A stretch of 34,607 bases of DNA from Flavobacteriales bacterium (lineage in GTDB: Bacteria; Bacteroidota; Bacteroidia; Flavobacteriales_F; PHOS-HE28): contig JANNYL010000223.1 of assembly GCA_031410075.1 (NCBI GenBank), forward strand, positions 1 through 34,607, read 5' to 3'. Numbering within the stretch: position 1 is the stretch's first letter; each line of letters starts with the position of its first letter. Positions 17,767 to 26,511 of the stretch are shown here, one piece after another. Made by a program: the position numbers and the translations under genes. The notes below the pieces were generated by a model, which was not told where the DNA came from, did no database searches, and saw nothing but the letters and a program-made list of their open reading frames with translations.

Positions 17767-17810
17767 CCCCTCCGGCGATGGATCACTCCATCGCCAAACT
17801 CAAGGAGGGG
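17767..17810 (+). terminator. Compound GC-rich hairpin 13 nt downstream of rseP (terminator-like or regulatory stem-loop)
   Basis: Inner perfect 9-bp stem GGCGATGGA (17774..17782) / TCCATCGCC (17787..17795) with loop TCAC. Outer perfect 7-bp stem CCCCTCC (17767..17773) / GGAGGGG (17804..17810), separated by an 8-nt internal loop. Only a poor U-tract follows (GTGGTTTC), so intrinsic-terminator function is not assured. Confidence 0.45.
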
Positions 17811-17921
17811 CAGGGGTGGTTTCATACAGATCAATAGGTTGAAGAGCCTTGTTGCGGGACAGGTCGGCTGAGGCAGAACCAGATCCGCACATTTCCGTAG
17901 GAAGGGGTAATTCCTCTTTCC

Positions 17922-18281
17922 ATGGCCCGTGTGATCCTCATTGAAGACGACAACTTGGTTCGTACACTCTTGATGCGCCGCATGGTGGCTGCAGGCTGGA
18001 GCGTTACGCCTTTGCGCGATGGCCGCGATCTGCAAGCCGTGATGGCAGAACAACCAGCCGATCTTCTGGTGATCGATCTCGGTCTGCCATACATCGATGG
18101 CTTCGCTTTGGTGGAAAGTTTGCGCGCCCACGGCCACACCACACCTGTTCTGGTGATCAGCGCATACGAGCTGCCGCATTTGTTGGAGAGTGCCAAGAGC
18201 ACTGGCGCGAACGACGTGTTGCAAAAACCGTTCGATCAGGAAGAACTGCTCGTGCGGATGAACAGGTTGCTGGCAGCGTAA
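17922..18281 (+). CDS. Stand-alone response regulator receiver (CheY-like) protein
   Basis: 119 aa. Acidic pocket ILIEDDN, phospho-acceptor context LLVIDLGLPYIDG, VLVISA, and conserved Lys in LQKPF. No output domain. Confidence 0.9.
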   Translation: MARVILIEDDNLVRTLLMRRMVAAGWSVTPLRDGRDLQAVMAEQPADLLVIDLGLPYIDGFALVESLRAHGHTTPVLVISAYELPHLLESAKSTGANDVLQKPFDQEELLVRMNRLLAA

Positions 18282-18318
18282 TACTTCATCACCGGCCGAA
18301 GGAGTTCATCTTCGCCCC

Positions 18319-19335
18319 GTGCGAACGGATCACGACCTGATCATTATCGGCCACGGCTTGGCAGGCGGCGTATTAGCGTCAACGGCCATCAACAGGGGAA
18401 TTCGGGTTCGCGTGTTCGATGCGCCCAAAAGCGGTCAAGCATCGCGCGTGGCTGCTGGAATTGTGAATCCGATCGTTTTGCGGCGAATGGTCCCCAGTTG
18501 GCGCGCCGCTGAAATGTTGGTTCGTGCGGAAGCCTTCTTCAAGACACCCCATTGGCATCCGATCCCCATGGTGCGAATTTTCGGGAACGCGCAAGAAGAG
18601 AATTATTGGATCCGCTCAGAAGCCGATGAACAAGCTGCGCCCTTTCTATCGCGTGAGCAACGCGTGGATGTGGATCGAGCGGATATTGATCGCGGTATCG
18701 GGTATGGGATCGTGAACCGTTGCGCGTGGTTGGATGTGAATGCATGGCTCGATGAACAACGCACAGCACTGATCCATGCAAACCAGTTCCGGGAAGAGTG
18801 GGTCTCGAAGGAGGACATCGTTGAACACGCTGATCATGCGATGGTAAAGGGTGAAAGCGCTTCGTTCGTTGTGTTGTGCGAAGGTCCTTTCACCGCAGTC
18901 CCCGGACTTGTCCCGGCGAGGGGCGAATTGCTCACGGTGCGCATTCCTGGCTTAGGGCTGAAGACCATGATTCATCGAGGCGCTTTCCTGCTTCCGCTGG
19001 GCGATGACCTTTATCGGGTTGGGTCAACATTCGCGTGGGACGATCTCTTTGTAGGCCCCACAGAAGAAGGGATACGGGTGTTGCTGGAACGCTTGCTCAA
19101 GATCACACGGGTACCAGTCGAACTGATCGAGCACGCAGCAGGTGTTCGCCCGGCTGCACGTGATCGGCGCCCGATCATCGGTCCAATTGGAGAAGGATCG
19201 CGGGTCGCGGTATTGAATGGCTTTGGCTCGCGCGGAGTTTTGCTGACGCCCTGGAGTTCGGCGCACTTGTTGGATCATTTGTTGCTTGGCGAAGAGCTGG
19301 ATCCGGAGGTGAATGCCGCAAGGTTCTCAGTTTAG
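18319..19335 (+). CDS. FAD-dependent oxidoreductase (DAO/MnmC-C-terminal-like family)
   Basis: 338 aa, GTG start at 18319. N-terminal Rossmann dinucleotide motif DLIIIGHGLAGGVLA...VRVFD, SRVAAGIVNP, and C-terminal GVRPAARDRRPIIG / NGFGSRGV motifs typical of DAO-type flavoenzymes. Confidence 0.82.
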   Translation: MRTDHDLIIIGHGLAGGVLASTAINRGIRVRVFDAPKSGQASRVAAGIVNPIVLRRMVPSWRAAEMLVRAEAFFKTPHWHPIPMVRIFGNAQEENYWIRSEADEQAAPFLSREQRVDVDRADIDRGIGYGIVNRCAWLDVNAWLDEQRTALIHANQFREEWVSKEDIVEHADHAMVKGESASFVVLCEGPFTAVPGLVPARGELLTVRIPGLGLKTMIHRGAFLLPLGDDLYRVGSTFAWDDLFVGPTEEGIRVLLERLLKITRVPVELIEHAAGVRPAARDRRPIIGPIGEGSRVAVLNGFGSRGVLLTPWSSAHLLDHLLLGEELDPEVNAARFSV

Positions 19336-19557
19336 AGTTTTGCTAGGGACACGAAGAAGTTCGTCTCGAAGTTCGGCGTCCATGTTCGCTTGGTCAATTC
19401 CTATTGGATCGAGTGAACGCCAGAGCGCCACACGTGTACGGCCACGCATATGCAAAGGAGGATAACTGACTTGATCACACCCGCAAGAAAAGCGCGCCGT
19501 GATGGAACAAGCGGTGTAATAGCAGTTTTTCACGCCGCACAATTGCACCTTTGCCCA

Positions 19558-22500
19558 ATGCGTAATTCGCTTCTGTTCCTGTTTTCGTTCGCGATCCTCG
19601 TCGCTGTATCCTGCAACAACCAACGCAAGACCGTGAGTGCTGAGCCCTTGAAGGAAACCGATCCCCGCTGGGTGCAGGTGGATTCGCTCTCGAACATCGG
19701 GCAATACGCCGGTGCACTTTCACTCACAGACACGATCGTTGCTGAAGCTCGTGCTTCCGGCGACTACCAATTGGAATTCCGTGCTCTTATGAGCCGTGCA
19801 CGTTTCCAGCAAATGACCGGCATAGAGGATGCGGCCGTGATCGGTGAATTCGAGGCACGTGCGAAGTCGGCTGCATTCCCCCTGAACGCGTTGCTGCATA
19901 GTGTGGTCGGCGAGCAATACTGGAGTTATTATCAGAACGATCGTTGGGCGATCCTTCAGCGGACCGCCACGCAGGATGATCCACGTGACATGGCCACGTG
20001 GAGCCAGCCCACTTTTATGCAGAAGGTGATCAGTGAGTATCGTGCCTCGTTGATCGATGTTGATAGCTTGAAGCTCGTTCCAGTTGGTGGCGTTGCACGG
20101 ATCCTTGCGGACCCGAAGGCCGACGGATCGCTTCGACCCACGTTGTTCGATCTGCTCGCCCATCGCGCTCTGGTCGTATTCAGCAACACCGAAACACGCC
20201 TTGCGGAGCCCGCTTCCCGCTTCACGCTAAAAGACCCACGTGCTTTCTCCCTGTTCGAGGAGTTTGCCGTAAAACCCTTCGCACATCCGGACAGTACGAG
20301 CTGGGAGTTGCAGGCCATGAAGATCTTCCAACAGCTCGAACGATCGCATCTGAGCGATAGCAAACCTGATGCGCTGGTGGATGTCGCACTGTTGCGCTTG
20401 CGTTACGTGCGCGAGCGGAGCAACCTTGGGAACAAGGACACACTGTACTTAAGGGCGTTGGAGGCACTGGCTACGCGCGTGCCCAATGACAGTTGCTGGA
20501 GTTCCGTGACGTTGGATATCGCGCGGTGGCATAGCGACATGGGTGCGAAATTCCAGAGGCTTGCACCTGAGTTGAACAAGTGGGAGCGCAAGACCGCACT
20601 GGGCTTTTGCGATCAGGCGATCCAGAAATTCCCCATGAGCCCGGGGGCATTGGATGCGCAAGTGTTGAAGGCACAATTGCTCGATGCGACCGTGCAGATG
20701 CAAGGTGAAGAAGCGGTGCAGCCGGCTCATCCGTTCAAGGTGGCGGTCACGTACAAGAACGTGCCCAAAGTATGGTTCCGAATTATGGCGGATGAGTTGA
20801 CACCGAACAGCTACTTGAACCGCAACAACCAAGAGTCCGAAGAGAAGCTCATCGAACGCAAGTCGATCCGTGAATGGTCCGTCGTTCTGCCGGATGATGG
20901 CGACTTGAACGATCATCTCACAGAGGTCCCCGTGGATGGACTGCCTCTCGGACACTACGCGATCGTCGTGTGTGATAGCAGCGGCTTCAAGGCGAAAGTG
21001 GACAACATCGCTTTCGCGCGTTTCTGGGTAACGCAATTAGCGATGTCGCAACGCACGCATAACGGGAGCGCAAATGTGCTGGTGTTGGATCGTTCCACAG
21101 GAGCACCGAAATCGGGAGCGAGCGTGGTGCCTTGGACACGGAAGAACGCATACGGTCAGGACGGTTTCGTACGCGGCGAACCAGTTGTCGTTGGAACGGA
21201 TGGCTATGCTCGTGCAGTTCAGCATGAACAACAAACGCAGATCGCCTGGGAATTGATCGATGGCCAGGATCGGTACATCAGTCAGCAAACGTGGGTCGGA
21301 TATGGTGGTGGCGCAGAGCCGCAGGAACCCGTTCGCACATTCCTGTTCACCGACCGCGCGATCTATCGCCCCGGCCAGCCGGTGATGTTCAAGGGCCTTG
21401 TTACAAAGAAGAACGGGAAGAGTACCGAAGTGGTTCCGAGCTTCAAGACGACGATCACATTCTACGACGTCAATGGCGAGAAAGTAGATGCGCTGGATGT
21501 GACGACGGATGCCTTCGGGTCCTTCAACGGAACATTCACGGCGCCGCAAGGAACACTCACCGGAAGCATGTCGTTACAGACGGAGCATGGGTCGCAACAG
21601 ATACAAGTTGAAGAGTACAAGCGCCCAACGTTCGAGGTGGTTTTCGATGAGATCGCGGGCCAGCCGAAGCTGGGGCAAGAGGCGATCGTAACCGGTATCG
21701 CGAAGAGCTATGCAGGCGTTCCGCTCGATGGAGCCAAAGTGCAGTGGACGGTGAAACGCAGTGCGCACATGCCTTGGTGGTGTGGCTGGTATTACCGCGG
21801 TTGGTTGCCTTGGGGCAGCAGCACACAGGTGGCGCAAGGTGAAGCGATGTGCGATGCGCAAGGCAAGTTCAGCGTGAAGTTCAAAGCTGAAGCGGATGAT
21901 CAGTTCCCACGGGGCGCGGACCCAACGTTCAACTTCGAGGTGGAAGCGAGCGCTACGGACATCAACGGAGAAACGCAGAGCAGCAGTACCAGCCTGAGCC
22001 TTGGATACCGGAGCATCAACATCGAATTGGGTATCGGTGAAAGTCTCGACCGATCCACATCGGACAGCATCGATGTGCATGTGGCCAACCTCAATGGCCA
22101 GCGTGTGGATGTTCCATTGGATGTCCACGTTTACAAGTTGCAAGCGCCACCCACACCGATCCGGGATAGACAGTGGGAGCGTCCAGACCGGTTCGTGATC
22201 ACGCGTGAAGAACACGCGCAACGCTTTCCGCAGGATGTGTATACCAATGAGAACGACCCGCTCGAGTGGGTCAAGGGCAATGAGGTGAAACAGGAACGCG
22301 GCTATGTCGCGGGCAACAAACGAATGTCTGTTCGCGATGCGCGCACATGGGAAGTTGGCAAGTACTTGATCGAGGCATCAGCGAAAGATGAAAGCGGCAC
22401 CGAGGTGAAGGTGAGCAAGGCATTCACGGTCTTCGATCCGGCGATCCAGAACACGGGCTTCGTTGGCGAAGCCTTCCATTGCGAAGCGGTGGGATCTCGT

Positions 22501-25500
22501 GCAGAACCAGGAGAAAAGGCCAGGCTCTTGTTGAGCAGCGCGCTACCGGATGGCCGTGTATTGATGGAAGTTGAGCGGGCTGGCAGGATCGCGGTGAGCC
22601 GTTGGTTCATCCTGAAGAACACGCAGCAACTGGTGGAATTACCGGTGCTCGAAGACGACCGTGGAGGCTTCACTGTTCATCTTTTGTCGATCGAGCGCGG
22701 CCTCGTTCATAGTGAAAGCAAGTTCATTGATGTGCCGTGGACGAACAAGGAACTGAAGGTTGAGTGGATGAGCTTCCGCGACAAGTTATTGCCCGGAAGT
22801 GACGAAGAGTGGCGCTTGAAGATCACCGGCAGCAAGGGCGAAAAAGTGGCGGCACAATTGCTTGGTGGCATGTACGATGCTTCGCTCGACCACTTCGTTC
22901 CGCATGGCTGGGACATGCCCATTTGGCAAACGAACTATGCACAACTTGGTTGGCAGCGGCAGGAGCCGTTCGGTACGGCGAATGGGCAACAGATCTGGCG
23001 AGAGCGTTCGTATCCTGGCGGTGCAACACGTATCTATCCTGAGCTGAACAACTTCGGATATGCCTATGAGTTCGCTCGCAGACGTTACCGTGGAGCGATG
23101 GATATGGAAATGAGGATGGACGGCAATGCGGTAGCAGCTTCCGCACCACCAACCGAGGGCGATTACACATTCGCTTTCACCCCGGGCGCCAAAAAATCGG
23201 AGGCGGGTAATGAGGAAAGTGCAGCCACCCCGACACCGAATGATGCAACGAAGAGCGCTGGTGACGCGCAACCACTGCGCAGCGACTTCCGCGAAACCGC
23301 GTTCTTCTTTCCGGATCTGCTCACCGACCGCGATGGCAGCATTGTGTTGCGATTCAAGACACCCGATGCGCTTACTCGCTGGAAAGTCATGGGCTTGGCT
23401 CACACCAAGGATCTGCAGCTCGCGCAGTTCACACGCGAAACCGTCACGCAGAAGCCGTTGATGATCGTTCCCAACCTGCCGCGTTTCCTGCGCAGCGGAG
23501 ACAGGATCACACTCACGGCGAAGATCAACGTGATCGAACAAGGCCGTGCCGAGGGTCTTGCATCGCTGGAGCTTTTTGATCCTTACACCAACGCGATGCT
23601 CAACAAGATCTTCGGCATGCAGGTGAAGGACCAAGCGTTCGTTGCGGCTGTTGGAGCGAGCGCTGTGGTGGAATGGAGCATCGCCGTTCCCGAAGGCGTG
23701 GATGTATGCGGTTTGCGCATCACAGCCCAGAGCAAGGGTGGACCGCGCAGTACGATCGTTGCATCCGATGGCGAAGAGCGAGCGCTTCCGGTGCTCACTG
23801 ACAAAGTGTTGGTTACCGAGAGCCTGCCGCTTTGGGCAAGCAAGGCCGGCACGAAGACGTTCACACTCGAGAAGCTCAAGAGCAATACGAGCACAACACT
23901 GCGCAACCAGTCGTTGAAGCTGGAATACACGCCGAACCCCGCGCGGTATGCTGTGCAAGCACTTCCTTACTTGATGGAGTTCCCGCACGAATGCGCGGAG
24001 CAAACGTTCAGTCGCTACTATGCGAACAGGTTGGCTGCACACATCGTGGAAGAACGACCTGCGGTAAAGAAGATCTTCGAAGAATGGAAGAAGGCTGGCC
24101 CCGAAGCGTTCGCGAGCAAATTGGAGAAGAACCAGGATCTCAAGAACGTGTTGCTTGCCGAAACGCCTTGGGTGGTGAACGCGCGCAGCGAACGCGAAAG
24201 CAAACAGCGCATTGGCCTGTTGTTCGACATGCAGCGCATGGCCAGTGAAGAGGCGCAAGCCTTGAAAAAACTGCGCGACATGCAAATGCCCAATGGTGCC
24301 TGGCCGTGGTGGAGCGGCATGCAGGAGAGCCGATTGATCACACAGCACATCGTTGCTGGTCTCGGTCATCTGGAGCAATTGAAAGCTGCCGATCTGCGCG
24401 AGGATGGCCAGAGCCAACAGATGGTGAAGAACGCAGTGCGCTGGTTGGATGGCGAAGTGGAGCGCGACTATCAGCGGATGTTGAAGGACTACAAGAAAGA
24501 GGATCTGGCGAAGTACCGTCCGGGTTATTCAGAGATCCAATTCCTGTATGCGCGCAGCATGTTCAAGCGCTGGCCGATCGATGGTGCCACGAGCACAGCG
24601 GTTCGCTTCTATCAGGAGCGCATAACGAAGGAGTGGTTGAGTTATGGACTGCAAGAGCAGGCCATAATCGCACTTGCCTTGGACCGGATGGGCGACCACA
24701 AAACGCCAGCACTCATACTGGAGTCGTTGCGCCAACGCGCCACCAAGAGCGAAGAGCTTGGCATGTATTGGAAAGACTTCATCGGTGGAATGGACTGGTC
24801 AGGTTTTCCTACGGAAACACACGCATTGATGATCGAGGCTTTCCACGAAGTGGGCAAGGACGAAGCGAGTGTGAACGCATTGCGTACCTATCTGTTGAAG
24901 CTGAAGCAGACCACGGATTGGAAGACAACGAAAGCCACTGCCGAAGCGTGTTATGCCTTGCTGCTCACCGGCCCAACTTGGTTGGATGAAGCTGACGCAC
25001 CCGTGATCACGGTAGGAAGCGAAACGATCAAAGTGGACAAGAAGGAAGCGGGCACAGGCACCATCGAAAAGGCATGGGCCGCGGCTGATGTGAAGCCAGC
25101 GATGGGCGCGGTCACCATTACCAGCAAAGCGGACAAACCCTCGTGGGGCGCGTTGCACTGGCAGTACTTCGAAAGCATGGACAAAGTGACGCCGCATGAA
25201 AGTCCGTTCAGCATCAAGAAGCAAGTGATGCTTACGGAGCAGGGCGACCAAGGGCCGAAACTCATTCCGTTGAACGGAACCAAGAAATTGACGGCCGGGG
25301 ACAAGCTCACCATCCGCCTCGAGCTGCGCACGGATCGTTACGTGGACTATGTGCACATGAAGGATCTGCGTGCTTCGGGACTTGAGTCCACCGAAACATT
25401 GAGTGGCTACAAATACCAAGGTGGACTCGGCTATTACCAGAGCATTCGCGATGCGAGTACCAACTTCTTCTTCGACCGCATACCTCCAGGCACGTATGTG

Positions 25501-25629
25501 TTCGAGTACGCGTTACGGGTTACACATGCAGGTGATTTCAGCAACGGCATCACCACGGCGATGTGCATGTATGCACCGGAGTTCTCGAGCCACAGCGAAG
25601 GCGTGCGCGTGAAGGTGGAAGGGGAATAA
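19558..25629 (+). CDS. Alpha-2-macroglobulin family lipoprotein (about 2023 aa) with intact CxEQ thioester motif
   Basis: The track ORF 19450..25629 was trimmed to the ATG at 19558, exposing MRNSLLFLFSFAILVAVSCNN (lipobox, Cys19). MG-domain hallmarks: FLFTDRAIYRPGQPVMFKG, TGSMSLQ, QVEEYKRPTFEV, RSDFRETAFFFPDLLTDRDGS..TRWKV. Thioester site FPHECAEQTFSR (CAEQ codons 23992..24003). C-terminal receptor-like domain (VDYVHMKDLRASGLE...YYQSIRD). Confidence 0.93.
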   Translation: MRNSLLFLFSFAILVAVSCNNQRKTVSAEPLKETDPRWVQVDSLSNIGQYAGALSLTDTIVAEARASGDYQLEFRALMSRARFQQMTGIEDAAVIGEFEARAKSAAFPLNALLHSVVGEQYWSYYQNDRWAILQRTATQDDPRDMATWSQPTFMQKVISEYRASLIDVDSLKLVPVGGVARILADPKADGSLRPTLFDLLAHRALVVFSNTETRLAEPASRFTLKDPRAFSLFEEFAVKPFAHPDSTSWELQAMKIFQQLERSHLSDSKPDALVDVALLRLRYVRERSNLGNKDTLYLRALEALATRVPNDSCWSSVTLDIARWHSDMGAKFQRLAPELNKWERKTALGFCDQAIQKFPMSPGALDAQVLKAQLLDATVQMQGEEAVQPAHPFKVAVTYKNVPKVWFRIMADELTPNSYLNRNNQESEEKLIERKSIREWSVVLPDDGDLNDHLTEVPVDGLPLGHYAIVVCDSSGFKAKVDNIAFARFWVTQLAMSQRTHNGSANVLVLDRSTGAPKSGASVVPWTRKNAYGQDGFVRGEPVVVGTDGYARAVQHEQQTQIAWELIDGQDRYISQQTWVGYGGGAEPQEPVRTFLFTDRAIYRPGQPVMFKGLVTKKNGKSTEVVPSFKTTITFYDVNGEKVDALDVTTDAFGSFNGTFTAPQGTLTGSMSLQTEHGSQQIQVEEYKRPTFEVVFDEIAGQPKLGQEAIVTGIAKSYAGVPLDGAKVQWTVKRSAHMPWWCGWYYRGWLPWGSSTQVAQGEAMCDAQGKFSVKFKAEADDQFPRGADPTFNFEVEASATDINGETQSSSTSLSLGYRSINIELGIGESLDRSTSDSIDVHVANLNGQRVDVPLDVHVYKLQAPPTPIRDRQWERPDRFVITREEHAQRFPQDVYTNENDPLEWVKGNEVKQERGYVAGNKRMSVRDARTWEVGKYLIEASAKDESGTEVKVSKAFTVFDPAIQNTGFVGEAFHCEAVGSRAEPGEKARLLLSSALPDGRVLMEVERAGRIAVSRWFILKNTQQLVELPVLEDDRGGFTVHLLSIERGLVHSESKFIDVPWTNKELKVEWMSFRDKLLPGSDEEWRLKITGSKGEKVAAQLLGGMYDASLDHFVPHGWDMPIWQTNYAQLGWQRQEPFGTANGQQIWRERSYPGGATRIYPELNNFGYAYEFARRRYRGAMDMEMRMDGNAVAASAPPTEGDYTFAFTPGAKKSEAGNEESAATPTPNDATKSAGDAQPLRSDFRETAFFFPDLLTDRDGSIVLRFKTPDALTRWKVMGLAHTKDLQLAQFTRETVTQKPLMIVPNLPRFLRSGDRITLTAKINVIEQGRAEGLASLELFDPYTNAMLNKIFGMQVKDQAFVAAVGASAVVEWSIAVPEGVDVCGLRITAQSKGGPRSTIVASDGEERALPVLTDKVLVTESLPLWASKAGTKTFTLEKLKSNTSTTLRNQSLKLEYTPNPARYAVQALPYLMEFPHECAEQTFSRYYANRLAAHIVEERPAVKKIFEEWKKAGPEAFASKLEKNQDLKNVLLAETPWVVNARSERESKQRIGLLFDMQRMASEEAQALKKLRDMQMPNGAWPWWSGMQESRLITQHIVAGLGHLEQLKAADLREDGQSQQMVKNAVRWLDGEVERDYQRMLKDYKKEDLAKYRPGYSEIQFLYARSMFKRWPIDGATSTAVRFYQERITKEWLSYGLQEQAIIALALDRMGDHKTPALILESLRQRATKSEELGMYWKDFIGGMDWSGFPTETHALMIEAFHEVGKDEASVNALRTYLLKLKQTTDWKTTKATAEACYALLLTGPTWLDEADAPVITVGSETIKVDKKEAGTGTIEKAWAAADVKPAMGAVTITSKADKPSWGALHWQYFESMDKVTPHESPFSIKKQVMLTEQGDQGPKLIPLNGTKKLTAGDKLTIRLELRTDRYVDYVHMKDLRASGLESTETLSGYKYQGGLGYYQSIRDASTNFFFDRIPPGTYVFEYALRVTHAGDFSNGITTAMCMYAPEFSSHSEGVRVKVEGE

Positions 25630-25649
25630 CTACGAACTTCACCGGCTAT

Positions 25650-26258
25650 ATGATGCACCGATCGCTGTTCAGCTTCTTTCTGTTCGCCTGCCTGTTACAA
25701 GCGCTTTCCGCGCAAGTCTCCACTGCTTGGCACGATAGCCTCGCAGCCTACTGGTCGCATCTCGATGCCGAGTACGCCGATAGCGCCACCTCGCCGCTCA
25801 CCGCCGAGGACCGCGCGCACTTCACACACTTGTCCCACTTCGAGTTCGACAGCACGTACTGCGTGATCGCTTCGTTCACTTCTGCAGAAAAGGCCGAACC
25901 TTTCGCCATGAAAACCACCAAGACGCGCACGCCGATGTACAAGGCGCACGGCACTTTGGTGTTCGTGTTGAACGGCGAAGAGCGCACCCTCACGGTGTAC
26001 GAAAGCGTACCCCCGCATCCCGGTTACGAGAACGAGATGTTCGTGCCGTTCACCGATCTTACCAATGGGAAAGAGACGTATGGTGTGGGTCGGTATCTGG
26101 ATCTGCACGCACCGATCGGAAGTGTTGTCGCGCTCGACTTCAACAAGGCATACAGCCCCTATTGCGCCTACAACGACAAGTACAGTTGCCCCGTGCCGCC
26201 TAGCGAGAATCACCTCGCCACAGAGATACGCGCGGGAGTTTTGAAATTCCACGAGTGA
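25650..26258 (+). CDS. DUF1684 domain-containing secreted protein
   Basis: Trimmed to the ATG at 25650 (MMHRSLFSFFLFACLLQALSAQ, a signal peptide). DUF1684-like C-terminal signature GRYLDL...FNKAYSPYCAYNDKYSCPVPPSENHL. Starts 20 nt after the A2M stop. Confidence 0.8.
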   Translation: MMHRSLFSFFLFACLLQALSAQVSTAWHDSLAAYWSHLDAEYADSATSPLTAEDRAHFTHLSHFEFDSTYCVIASFTSAEKAEPFAMKTTKTRTPMYKAHGTLVFVLNGEERTLTVYESVPPHPGYENEMFVPFTDLTNGKETYGVGRYLDLHAPIGSVVALDFNKAYSPYCAYNDKYSCPVPPSENHLATEIRAGVLKFHE

Positions 26259-26511
26259 CGCCAGGACCCCAAGAATCTTGGGAATTGGCACAGAGCGCAG
26301 CAGTATCGGACCACACACGTCCGGGACCATTGGTGGCTTGCTTTCGATGCTTCGGCGAAACCCTCGTCCCCAGGTTACGGGGGAGGGGGGAGTATGTCCG
26401 TTCGGTCGAAAGGGCCCGAAATGTCGTTAGAGCGATTGGACCTACCAGGGGCGATCCCCCTATTTTGCGCGGCTCCACCAGAACCAAACCTATCCCAACC
26501 AGCCTTCCACC

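Noticed and set aside
22786-24417. 543-aa reverse-strand ORF inside the alpha-2-macroglobulin gene
   Set aside because: The translation is Arg/Leu/His/Ala-rich and featureless, and it lies fully inside a forward-strand gene with many family motifs. This is the typical long antisense ORF of GC-rich coding DNA.
26259-26511. Short hairpins in the spacer upstream of the P-domain gene (CCCAAG-loop-CTTGGG just after the DUF1684 stop; AGGGG-CGATC-CCCCT followed by ATTTT near 26450..26470)
   Set aside because: The stems are only 5-6 bp. They may be weak terminators of the A2M/DUF1684 transcript, but the support is too thin to list them as features.
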